Assembly (NCBI GenBank): GCA_051532055.1
Contig: JAOPTX010000064.1
Coordinates: 1 to 46,644, forward strand
Origin: Fibrobacterales bacterium
GTDB lineage: Bacteria > Fibrobacterota > Fibrobacteria > Fibrobacterales > JAOPTW01
Direction of reading: 5' to 3'
Length of the DNA: 46,644 nt
This document shows, one piece after another, positions 1-9,019 of this stretch; position 1 is the first letter of the stretch; each line of letters opens with the position of its first letter. Both the position numbers and the translations under genes were made by a program. The notes beneath the pieces were generated by a model, which did not search any database, was not told the DNA's origin, and saw nothing but the letters and a program-made list of their open reading frames with translations.

Positions 1-39
1 ACTAAATATAATACTTGCAATATTCTTGTTTCTTAAAAT

Positions 40-70
40 AAAAAAAGCAGAGTAATAATACTCTGCTTTT
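40..70 (-). terminator. Rho-independent terminator downstream of korB
   Basis: Stem aaaagcagagta/tactctgctttt; the A-run on + gives a U-tail on the minus strand, about 20 nt after the korB stop. Confidence 0.8.
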
Positions 71-92
71 AATTTTTTGCTGAAAAATTGTT

Positions 93-1094
93 TTATTTAA
101 TTTCCCAGGTCTGGCCTTCATTGAGAAGTTCATCAAGAGTTCCAACACCAGTGTTGTCTTGAGCGTCTTTTATTTGACCATTGAGCATATCACCGTATGT
201 TGGTTTTTCAATACTTCTGAAAACACCGACAGGTACCGGAAATTCTGGATATTGAAATTGAGCAAGCATTCCAGAAATCACACCAGTCACATCATGAGTG
301 TTGTGAATGAGGATTTGATCTTTGTTTGCATCAGTAACATCAACCACCTTAGGTGTAAGTCCATCAAGAATAACGCCTTTAGCATTGTCTTCTCCAAAGA
401 GCATTGGCTTGCCATGCTCTAGATAGAGAAGTGTTTTTTCTCTAACAGATTTACTGGTGTAGTCGTTGTGAATACCTTTTTGATAGGTGATACAGTCAAC
501 ATAAAGTTCTACCATGGCAGTACCGCTAAATTCAGATGCTGCACGCATCACTTCAGCAAGGTGTTTTTTATCGTTATCAACAGAGCGCGCAACGAATGCA
601 CCATTTGCACCAAGGGCGGTAGCAACTGTGTTAATAGGATAATCAATCGACCCAGATGGTGAAGACCCTGTTACTGTCCCCATTTTAGAAGTCGGAGCAT
701 ATTGACCTTTGGTAAGACCATAGATACTGTTATTGAACATAAGTATCTTGAGGTCGTGGTTACGGCGTATAGCGTGGTAAAAGTGGTTGCCACCAATACT
801 CATTGCATCACCATCACCGGTAATAACCCATGTTTCTAGATCTGGGTTTGCTTCTTTTACACCAATCGCTGCTGCAGGAGCACGACCGTGAATAGTATGA
901 AACCCATACGTCCCCATGTAGTATGGAAAACGACTTGAACAACCAATACCCGAAATTACTGCTACGTTATGCGGTTGTTTTCCTTGACTTGCTAGCATGT
1001 CCTGAAACACGTTGAGTATCATGAAGTCACCACAACCAGGGCACCAACGTACTTTACAATCTGAAGCAAAATCTGCTTTTGTGAGCTCTGCCAT
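93..1094 (-). CDS. korB: 2-oxoacid:ferredoxin oxidoreductase beta subunit
   Basis: WCPGCG, SGIGCSSR, HTIHGR and the TPP motif GDGD...NN; start set at MAELTK (ATG 1094, GGAGG upstream). Confidence 0.93.
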   Translation of the reverse strand: MAELTKADFASDCKVRWCPGCGDFMILNVFQDMLASQGKQPHNVAVISGIGCSSRFPYYMGTYGFHTIHGRAPAAAIGVKEANPDLETWVITGDGDAMSIGGNHFYHAIRRNHDLKILMFNNSIYGLTKGQYAPTSKMGTVTGSSPSGSIDYPINTVATALGANGAFVARSVDNDKKHLAEVMRAASEFSGTAMVELYVDCITYQKGIHNDYTSKSVREKTLLYLEHGKPMLFGEDNAKGVILDGLTPKVVDVTDANKDQILIHNTHDVTGVISGMLAQFQYPEFPVPVGVFRSIEKPTYGDMLNGQIKDAQDNTGVGTLDELLNEGQTWEIK

Positions 1095-1095
1095 A

Positions 1096-2925
1096 TTAGT
1101 TGCCTCCAAGTTCTGCAGTTATGTGATCAACAATTTCTTTAATTGCAAAAGGTTGACCTTCAACTTTATTATATCCATCAACAGAGATGCCATAAGTGCC
1201 TTGAATAAGCTCTTTCATCTGACCGTTGTTGAGTTCACATACAGTAACTTTCTTAAATGCATTTAAGATGTCACTGAGGTTTTTAGGGAAAGGATTGATA
1301 TATTTGATGTCCATGTAGGCTACTTTTTTACCAGAAGCTCTAAGGTCCTCAACAGCAGATTCTACTGTACCCCATGTACCACCCCAAGAGATAACGAGAA
1401 TATCATCATCAATTGATCCAAGTATTCCTTGCTCTGGGATGTAGTTTGCAATATTTGCAATTTTATTTTTACGATGGTCGGTCATAATTTGGTGATTTTC
1501 TGCGCCTGTATTAACGGTACCTGTTCCATCTTGTTTTTCAAGTCCACCAATTCGGTGCATAAGACCTTCGGTGCCAGGGATTGCCCATGGGCGAACAAGA
1601 TCTTTATCACGAGAGTATGAAAGATAGTCTTCTGTATTTGCTGCTACATTTGGAAAGTCTAAATCAGGGAGATCAGAAGCCTTAGGGATTTTAAATGGCT
1701 CAGCACCAAATCCAATAAATCCATCAGTCAACAATACTACAGGAGTCATAAATTGCATAGCAAGACGTGAAGCCTCATAACCCATTTTAAAGCAGTCTGC
1801 TGGTGAATTAGCGGCTAGTACTACGAGTGGTGAATCACCGTTTCTTCCATACATTGCTTGAAGTAGATCCGATTGTTCTGTTTTAGTAGGAAGGCCTGTT
1901 GATGGACCACCGCGTTGTACATTTACAACAACAACAGGAAGCTCAGCAATAACAGCTAAGTTTAAACCTTCAGACTTAAGGCAAAGGCCCGGGCCTGAAG
2001 TTGTTGTTACAGCTAATGAACCTGCGTATGCAGCGCCAACTGCCGCTACCATTGAGGCGATTTCATCTTCCATTTGAAGTGTTTTTACACCGTATCGTTT
2101 CATTGCTGCAAGTGTGTAAAGGATTTCTGTTGCAGGGGTAATGGGGTATGAAGCGAGGAATACTTCTTTACCAGCCTTAAGGCCGGCAGCTGCAATTCCA
2201 ATACCTGTAGCTTCGTTACCAAAAACTTTTTTATAGGTACCTTTTGCAAGGTCAGCTGCAGGAACTTTATATGAATCTACAACGAGTTCTAAATTTTCTG
2301 CATAGGTCCAGCCAGCATTCATAACTGCAATGTTCGCAGCTGCAATATCAGGTTTTTTAGCAAATTTTTTGTTGAGCCAATTTTCAGTAAGTTTCATCTC
2401 TCGTTCATAGAGCCAGTAAACCATACCGAGCATGAAAAAGTTTTTACATCGTTTGGACTCTTTTGATGATAATCCTGAATTTTCAAGAGCACTCACTGTG
2501 AGAGCGGTAAAGTCATCTTTTATAATCCGCATACCATCAAGTGAACCATCTTCTAGTGGGTTAGTTTCATAACCAGCAAAGCCAAGATACTTTTTGCTAA
2601 ATCCGGAAACATCAACAAAAAGAAATCCGCCTTCTTTTAATTTATCACCATTTGTTTTCAGTGCAGCGGCATTAAACGCGACGAGACAGTCATACAAGTC
2701 CCCTGCTGTTTTTGCTTTTTTTGATGTAAAGTGTACTTGGTAAGCTGAAACTCCACCGAGTGAGCCACCTGGAGCACGAATATCTGCCGGAAAGTCCGGT
2801 TGGATTGATATTTCGTTACCAAGAGCAGCTGATGATTCAGCAAACTGAGAACCGATCACTTGTAACCCATCACCAGAATCTCCAGCGAAGCGAATTACAA
2901 TTGAATCTACAGATAATTTGGACAT
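1096..2925 (-). CDS. korA: 2-oxoacid:acceptor oxidoreductase alpha subunit with fused gamma domain
   Basis: AGDSGDG, YPITPA, QMEDEI, TSGPG, QRGGPSTGLPTK motifs; abuts the beta subunit. Confidence 0.93.
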   Translation of the reverse strand: MSKLSVDSIVIRFAGDSGDGLQVIGSQFAESSAALGNEISIQPDFPADIRAPGGSLGGVSAYQVHFTSKKAKTAGDLYDCLVAFNAAALKTNGDKLKEGGFLFVDVSGFSKKYLGFAGYETNPLEDGSLDGMRIIKDDFTALTVSALENSGLSSKESKRCKNFFMLGMVYWLYEREMKLTENWLNKKFAKKPDIAAANIAVMNAGWTYAENLELVVDSYKVPAADLAKGTYKKVFGNEATGIGIAAAGLKAGKEVFLASYPITPATEILYTLAAMKRYGVKTLQMEDEIASMVAAVGAAYAGSLAVTTTSGPGLCLKSEGLNLAVIAELPVVVVNVQRGGPSTGLPTKTEQSDLLQAMYGRNGDSPLVVLAANSPADCFKMGYEASRLAMQFMTPVVLLTDGFIGFGAEPFKIPKASDLPDLDFPNVAANTEDYLSYSRDKDLVRPWAIPGTEGLMHRIGGLEKQDGTGTVNTGAENHQIMTDHRKNKIANIANYIPEQGILGSIDDDILVISWGGTWGTVESAVEDLRASGKKVAYMDIKYINPFPKNLSDILNAFKKVTVCELNNGQMKELIQGTYGISVDGYNKVEGQPFAIKEIVDHITAELGGN

Positions 2926-3062
2926 AGAAACCTTATTTTTGAGTGATTTACTCTTAAATTCGAGTAGTCAATATAATAAAAACAACTCTGTAACCCTAGA
3001 GAAAATTGGATGATAGGTAAACTATGAATGTATTTATTTTAGGGTTAGAGCGTATGAGATGT

Positions 3063-3089
3063 AAAAAAAACCGAGCAGGGGAGGCTCGG
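3063..3089 (-). terminator. Rho-independent terminator after the NSS transporter
   Basis: ccgagc-N7-gctcgg hairpin followed by U8 on the minus strand. Confidence 0.8.
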
Positions 3090-3114
3090 CTTGATTTCCT
3101 ACTTTTGTGTACTA

Positions 3115-4887
3115 TTATGTTAACAGGTGTTCATCTTTATCAGTGTGATTTGGTCGAGGTTGTCTCCATATTCTATACGCAAGTATAATTGCTATGAAGA
3201 GCGTGAAAGCCAAAATACCCACTCCAAAGGTTTGCAATGCTGACTGAGGGTACCCACCATAGAGCATTTTTTTATCACTTACCACTATGAGTATTAAAAA
3301 GAGTACTGGAGTAATTTTTCGGAAAATGAATTTGACAGCTGAACTGGAGACCGGACCAATACGGGAAGAAAGTGCTTTAAACGTTTCGGTGTCTCCAACG
3401 AGGTAATAGGTGATTGCTTGAGCAAGAAGTGCGATAAAGAGGACTTCTCCAATTGAAGATCCACCAAGGGTAATTTCGAAATCAGCTTTAAATGCTTGAT
3501 ACAGTATTATTATGAGGATAGTAGGGGTGATATACTTAATGCAAATATCCCATGATTTTATGAGGCGCCTTCCCCCTACAGAGTTCACATAATTCCGAGC
3601 GACATACGCTTTTAAAACCCAACCTACCGCAATACACTCTAAAAGTCCACCGACAACTAATGCATAGTTATTTATGAAATGGTCAACAATGTCAAGTATA
3701 AATAGGCCTGCATTGGTGGTAAATATGAGACTCAAAATAAAACCAGATCCGCAGATTGCTGTGATAACTTTTCCACGACTCAATTGGAACTTATCGGTTA
3801 TTGAGCAAGCAAAGGCTTCGATTAATGATATGCCCGATGAAAGGCCCGCTAAAACGAGGGATAGAAAAAATACTATGCCGAAAAGTGAATTTGCAAAAGG
3901 AAGTTGGCTGATTGCTTCTGGATATGCAACAAATGCAAGTGAAGGACCTGATTTCACTACTTCAGTAATAGGGACTCCCTTTGCTTGCGCCATAAAGCCG
4001 AGAACACCAAAAACTGCGAATCCAGCAAATACTGAGTAGAGGCAATTGGTTATTGTTGTAGTGATTGCATTACCTACAATATCTGCCTTACGGGGGAGAT
4101 AACTTGCGTAGGTAATCATAATACCAAAACCTAGGGAGAGAGTAAAAAATATTTGACCAAAAGCAGCGATCCATACATTCCAGACTTTTTCATCATTGTA
4201 GTGGTTGAAGATATCTATTTTATCCCAATCAGGAGTGAGGTAGTGTTTAATACCTTCAGCTGCACCATCCAGGGTTACCGTCCAAACAACTAAGATAGTG
4301 GTAAGTAAAAATAGAAGTGGCATAAATACCAGGCAGGCTTTTTCTATACCGCGGTTTATTTCTTTAAAACAGATTGCCCATATTAAAACCCAAACAATAC
4401 TATTAGATATAATTATTGCGGGATTCATAGAGCCGAGGTCAAAAACACCATTCTCAAAAGGCTTCCCAGGGAGGCCTAGAAAATCATTAAAAAAGAAAGA
4501 TTGAGCATCACCTCCCCATGATATGGAGAAAGAGAAGACGAGGTAATTTAAACACCAGGCTATCACCACAGAGTAAAAGAGCATAATTCCGATGGTAGCA
4601 ACCGTTGGCATCCACCAGCCAATCCACTCAAGTTTTTTACTTATTCTACTAAATGCGAGGGGAGAGGCGCCTTGTTCCTTATGACCAATTGCATATTCGA
4701 GAACCATAAGAGGAATACCAGCAAAAATTATTGCGACAATATAGGGTATCAAAAAAGCTCCGCCCCCATTTTCGTAGGCCATATAGCTAAAGCGCCATAT
4801 GTTACCGAGGCCGACTGCCGATCCAACTGCGGCAAAAATAAAGCCCCATTTGCTTCCCCAAACTGCACGCCCATTTTGTTCTGCCAT
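3115..4887 (-). CDS. Sodium-dependent transporter, NSS/SNF family
   Basis: GSAVGLGNIWRF, NGGGAFLIPY, GQIFFTLS, GPSLAFVAYP; start MAEQ (ATG 4887) with AGGAGG upstream. Confidence 0.93.
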   Translation of the reverse strand: MAEQNGRAVWGSKWGFIFAAVGSAVGLGNIWRFSYMAYENGGGAFLIPYIVAIIFAGIPLMVLEYAIGHKEQGASPLAFSRISKKLEWIGWWMPTVATIGIMLFYSVVIAWCLNYLVFSFSISWGGDAQSFFFNDFLGLPGKPFENGVFDLGSMNPAIIISNSIVWVLIWAICFKEINRGIEKACLVFMPLLFLLTTILVVWTVTLDGAAEGIKHYLTPDWDKIDIFNHYNDEKVWNVWIAAFGQIFFTLSLGFGIMITYASYLPRKADIVGNAITTTITNCLYSVFAGFAVFGVLGFMAQAKGVPITEVVKSGPSLAFVAYPEAISQLPFANSLFGIVFFLSLVLAGLSSGISLIEAFACSITDKFQLSRGKVITAICGSGFILSLIFTTNAGLFILDIVDHFINNYALVVGGLLECIAVGWVLKAYVARNYVNSVGGRRLIKSWDICIKYITPTILIIILYQAFKADFEITLGGSSIGEVLFIALLAQAITYYLVGDTETFKALSSRIGPVSSSAVKFIFRKITPVLFLILIVVSDKKMLYGGYPQSALQTFGVGILAFTLFIAIILAYRIWRQPRPNHTDKDEHLLT

Positions 4888-5000
4888 TCGCTCTTCTCCT
4901 CCTAACTGAATGAAATAAATGTAATTAAGAACATTCATTAAAGAGGGTTGAATGATAAATTTTAAGGAGAAGCTAATAAAAAATACAATCCGATGGAAGC

Positions 5001-5792
5001 TTAGGATTCTGAAAAGGTAACAGTGTATCCAGTGAATTTTCGAATATTGATAACACCAGTGTCGAAAATAAGGTACTGACCTTTGATGCCTTTAAGGACC
5101 CCTTGAACCATTGGGTCTTTATCGAAATTGTGCGAAATAATTTTTTCTGGGTATGCTTCGACAGGATAATTGATTTCAATGGGTTCTGCATCCTGAATTA
5201 AAAACTGTTTAAATTCTTCTGGAACAAGCTTAAAAATTTTATCTCGTTCTGCTTTTAAGTCAAGCTCTGATACTTCATTTTTGAGCATCTTACGCCAATT
5301 TGTTTTATCTGCAATATACTTGGCAATAGCAATCTCTAATTTACCTGAATCGAGGCGCGTGGGTACTTCTGCTATTTCAATCGCTTGGACAGCACCTTGA
5401 TCCATCCAACGCGTCTTTTCTTTATGTCGGTGGGTAATGCCAACTTTTAGGCCAGATGAATTTGCGAGATATACTGTATGTCGGTTCATGCAATTCATGA
5501 GCCCCCATTCGGGTTGACGACAGGTACCTTTATGGTGATGACAGAGTTCTGGTTTTAAAATACAGATATCACAGGAGGCAAGTTTTTGCATACAACTGAA
5601 GCAGTGGCCCTGAGCAAAACTTTTTTTTGTTCGTGTGCCGCAAGAAGTACACGATATAATACCCGTAAAAGTAAGGGTAATAGTTTTACCAATGTATGGA
5701 TTGAGCTTAATAGTAGTATCACCTATTGGCAACCCGTATTCAATAGGGCTGGCAAAGGTGGTATGCATTTTTTTTAGAGTACCTGTTATCAT
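5001..5792 (-). CDS. DUF2797 domain-containing protein (Cys-rich)
   Basis: CxxCG..TKKSFAQGHCFSC, CDICILKPELCH, VYLANSSGLKVGIT, RWMDQGA, GIKGQYLIFD; probable start MITGTL. Confidence 0.85.
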   Translation of the reverse strand: MITGTLKKMHTTFASPIEYGLPIGDTTIKLNPYIGKTITLTFTGIISCTSCGTRTKKSFAQGHCFSCMQKLASCDICILKPELCHHHKGTCRQPEWGLMNCMNRHTVYLANSSGLKVGITHRHKEKTRWMDQGAVQAIEIAEVPTRLDSGKLEIAIAKYIADKTNWRKMLKNEVSELDLKAERDKIFKLVPEEFKQFLIQDAEPIEINYPVEAYPEKIISHNFDKDPMVQGVLKGIKGQYLIFDTGVINIRKFTGYTVTFSES

Positions 5793-5865
5793 AAGGCATA
5801 AAATAATAAACAAAGAGTTGCTTGTCTTTGCTCAAGACGAATAATTACACTCTTGAGATAAAGTA

Positions 5866-6015
5866 TTAATGTATATCTGTTTCATATAAGTCATAGAATA
5901 GATGGTATTTATACCGACTATCTGACTTCTTGGCTTCGGTATGAATCATATTAAGTCCAAGTGAAACCACAGCTAATAACGCAACCAGTATAATAAATAG
6001 GCAAGCAAGCATCAT
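5866..6015 (-). CDS. Small single-TM membrane protein (49 aa)
   Basis: GGAGG 5 nt upstream of ATG 6015; hydrophobic N-terminus LACLFIILVALLAVVSLGL and a polar tail. Confidence 0.55.
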   Translation of the reverse strand: MMLACLFIILVALLAVVSLGLNMIHTEAKKSDSRYKYHLFYDLYETDIH

Positions 6016-6248
6016 AGGAACCTCCCTCATTATATCCCTTTTATAGTTATCGGGTGTATGATATACTGAGTTGAGTACATTAGCCTCTGTTTTAAAATTG
6101 ATTTTATTCAATCTTAAACTAGGAAAAAATGCGTTCACCGAGGTTATTTGAACAATACGAGAATTAGAGGGTGAATGATGATTACCAGTAAATAATTCAC
6201 GGTAAGGTCCGCCAATAAAGTTAAATACATAATTTTTAAAAAGTTTAA

Positions 6249-6277
6249 TTGACTTTACTTAATTCCAATGATATCAT
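6249..6277 (+). promoter_or_regulatory. Sigma70-type promoter with extended -10
   Basis: TTGACT-N17-TATCAT with TGn; ATG 6284 follows 6 nt later. Confidence 0.65.
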
Positions 6278-6283
6278 ATAGTT

Positions 6284-6493
6284 ATGAAAAGGATATTAAG
6301 CATATTGCGGTTACTATTTTTTATTTCTTGCGTTGAAGTTATGGCGCTTAATAATTCCCGTTATGCTGCAGCTCACTCACATTTTTCTGATAAAGCAGAA
6401 GGGAGTACGCTCTATTTAATTGTTGGTGGTATTGGTTTTGTCATAATTATAGGCCTTTTCATAATACTCGGTTTAAAGTCTCGCAAAAAGTAA
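6284..6493 (+). CDS. Small membrane protein: signal peptide, C-terminal TM, basic tail
   Basis: MKRIL... signal-like start, TM LYLIVGGIGFVIIIGLFIILGL, KSRKK end; promoter directly upstream. Confidence 0.6.
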   Translation: MKRILSILRLLFFISCVEVMALNNSRYAAAHSHFSDKAEGSTLYLIVGGIGFVIIIGLFIILGLKSRKK

Positions 6494-6564
6494 GGGTAAA
6501 AAGATGTTGGACATTGTTAGTATTTTATCTAATTTAGCCCCGTAACCCCCTCAAATAAACGTAT

Positions 6565-7950
6565 ATGCATAGATCAAAAATTTCTTTTTTCTTATTGGTT
6601 CTCTTAATCTGCTCTGTACAGTCTAACTCTCCACAGCTGAGTACAATAAAAAAACTTTATACTATTACTGAACAGCGCATTGTATCGACTACTTATTCAG
6701 TGTTAAATGGTGATACGATTCTTTCTCAGGACACTTCGGTCACTCTTGATACATTGATTGTGAAAGATGAACATATTGTAGTAAAACCAGATTCGGATAC
6801 TTATACCGTTTCCAAAAAAATAGATGACATTATAAAAGGGATGACCGTTGAAGAAAAAGCGGGTCAACTTATAATAGTATATCATTCTAATTATCGGTTT
6901 CTTTCTGAACATAAGGTTGGTGCTGTTTTAATCATGCAAAATATGTTGAAAAAGCCCGGTAAGCTTATTGAGAATTTGAAATTTACTCAAGACAACATGC
7001 ATATTCCTCTTTTGGTAACTATAGATCAAGAGGGTGGACAAATTAATCGATTAAAAAAAGTGCCTGGATGGAAGAAGCTCCCTTCTGCTTTAGAGCTGAG
7101 CAAATGGGATGAAAAAACAATTGAGGAACATGCATACAAGGTCGGAGTAAAATTAAAAGAGATAGGAGTTAATACCAATTTAGCACCTGTCCTCGATCCG
7201 TCTCTCGATCAATTTGGCCTCGGGACTTTTATGCTCAAAACTAAACGTTCTTTTGGAGCTAACGCTGATTCGATCTACAATGCATCAACAGCATTTATGC
7301 AGGGAATGAATAGAGCGGGAATTCTTTGCGTAACAAAACACTACCCTGGATATGATGCAGAAGAAAATAGTGACCATGAAATAACGGTGAGTAATGCAGA
7401 TAGTCTCTTTATATATCAAAATATGAAGGTATTTAATAGGGCTATGGATCGTGCAAGTGGCGTTATGATTAATTCAATTCACTACCCTAACATGTGTAGT
7501 AAACCTGCAGTATTTTGTCCTGAAATTATAGACCAAGTACGGAGAGTGAATCCTCATAAAATTATTATGACTGATGACTTATGGGGGGCGTCTCTCAGAG
7601 GATATGTTAGTAAGAGTAAAAAGGTGCACCGCACTCGTTATGCTAAAAAAGATCTTGTTAAATTAGTTGAAATGCTCTTCATGGCTGGTAATGATATGTT
7701 GATGACTACATATCCTAAGACGGTCCCAGTAATTGTAGAGACTGTAGTTAAGATGGCAATGAGTGAGCCTAAATACATGGAGCAACTCAATATGTCTGTC
7801 AAGCGTATATTAGAAGCGAAAGAGTCTATCGGCTTACTGGATAGGGTAGAGTTGAAAGAGTGGCGCGCTCGATATAATGATATTCTAGAAAATAAAAGAG
7901 CAGAAGATGGTAAGTATCGCGCTCTTTTAACATCGGAACCAAGAGATTAA
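6565..7950 (+). CDS. Secreted glycoside hydrolase family 3 (beta-N-acetylhexosaminidase-like)
   Basis: EEKAGQL, IDQEGG, NLAPVLD, RSFG, KHYPG, TDDL; N-terminal signal peptide. Confidence 0.85.
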   Translation: MHRSKISFFLLVLLICSVQSNSPQLSTIKKLYTITEQRIVSTTYSVLNGDTILSQDTSVTLDTLIVKDEHIVVKPDSDTYTVSKKIDDIIKGMTVEEKAGQLIIVYHSNYRFLSEHKVGAVLIMQNMLKKPGKLIENLKFTQDNMHIPLLVTIDQEGGQINRLKKVPGWKKLPSALELSKWDEKTIEEHAYKVGVKLKEIGVNTNLAPVLDPSLDQFGLGTFMLKTKRSFGANADSIYNASTAFMQGMNRAGILCVTKHYPGYDAEENSDHEITVSNADSLFIYQNMKVFNRAMDRASGVMINSIHYPNMCSKPAVFCPEIIDQVRRVNPHKIIMTDDLWGASLRGYVSKSKKVHRTRYAKKDLVKLVEMLFMAGNDMLMTTYPKTVPVIVETVVKMAMSEPKYMEQLNMSVKRILEAKESIGLLDRVELKEWRARYNDILENKRAEDGKYRALLTSEPRD

Positions 7951-7980
7951 GAAAAGTATAAAGGGGAGAGGTGCTCTCCT

Positions 7981-8478
7981 TTATAGATTTCGATACGCTT
8001 CAAAAAATTCCACAAATCCATCTTTAGCAGTAGAATAACCACTTGTCGAAAATTCTCCATCAGCATAATTAATCTGCACGAATACTTCATCAGATTTTAT
8101 TAGTCTCTCCAAGAAGGGGAGTGTGATAATGTATGATTGAATGGTTTCGGAGCTTCCCGTACGGCTATTTACTTGACAGTGTATACTCTCTTTCTCTGGG
8201 AGTATAAAGTAGAGCTCCTCATCTAGAGTAATGGTGAGCGCATCATCTGTGTCAGAGTTGCAGCGGTTTGGGAGTATCGCATGAAGCATAAGCTCATTTG
8301 TTTCCGCAGATACTGTTGCGGATAGACTGAGTAGTGCTTCAGTATTTGGGAGCCAACCTGGCTGCATTGAAACTTTTGTTGTAAATCCTTGTTCATCTAT
8401 GGAAACAGTTTTTGGTTTAGTTGTAGAGCATGTTACTAATACCATTGATGCTATTGCTGTAATTATAACCTTTCTCAT
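7981..8478 (-). CDS. Hypothetical lipoprotein
   Basis: Signal peptide with lipobox-like LVTC; 165-aa ORF. Confidence 0.65.
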   Translation of the reverse strand: MRKVIITAIASMVLVTCSTTKPKTVSIDEQGFTTKVSMQPGWLPNTEALLSLSATVSAETNELMLHAILPNRCNSDTDDALTITLDEELYFILPEKESIHCQVNSRTGSSETIQSYIITLPFLERLIKSDEVFVQINYADGEFSTSGYSTAKDGFVEFFEAYRNL

Positions 8479-8752
8479 ATCCGTACCCGCCTTACGTTAT
8501 CTAGAGAACCCTGTCTCTTTAAAATAGTATAAACTATGTATACATGATACCAACTAATTGTCACAGAGACACTATATTTGAATCTTGGGTATATTTGATT
8601 GAGCTATTAGACCCATCGATTTGCACTATTTTAATTTTTTGAAAGCCAAACACAGAGAAACACCCAGTAATTCCACCCAATAATTAGTGTCATATAATAT
8701 ATATTATGTAAACCTGTGGGCGTATTGATGGTTTGTTTTTTGGGTTTGTGTC

Positions 8753-9019
8753 TTAGCGTTTGGGGTTGTAATTGTTCATTGCTACCAAAAGAATTGCGAA
8801 GAAGCTCATAATCATTGAGCCTACAATTACTTGTTCTTGGTGGTTGTAGTTGCGCTTGATGTATTTGGCATTTGACGTATCAACCTGAGTTGAATCATCA
8901 AATGAATAGGTATTGTATAGGTCGGTAGCGGAGTTCTCTTGGCTGTTAAAGCCTTGAGCGGAAAGCCCGGTGATGAAAACCAGGCTGCCTATAACAATTA
9001 TTTTACGCAATGAGTTCAT
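8753..9019 (-). CDS. Small membrane protein with signal peptide and C-terminal TM
   Basis: Overlaps the gatB stop by 17 nt; signal ...GLSAQ; TM VIVGSMIMSFFAILLVAM. Confidence 0.7.
   Translation of the reverse strand: MNSLRKIIVIGSLVFITGLSAQGFNSQENSATDLYNTYSFDDSTQVDTSNAKYIKRNYNHQEQVIVGSMIMSFFAILLVAMNNYNPKR

Noticed and set aside
2987..3050. TAACCCTA...TAGGGTTA inverted repeat upstream of korA as a riboswitch
   Set aside because: Only a short stem with a long AT-rich loop and no recognisable aptamer motifs.
8560..8693. Possible frameshifted small lipoprotein remnant on the minus strand (…LLGGITGC…)
   Set aside because: No credible start or RBS, short, and no recognisable homology.
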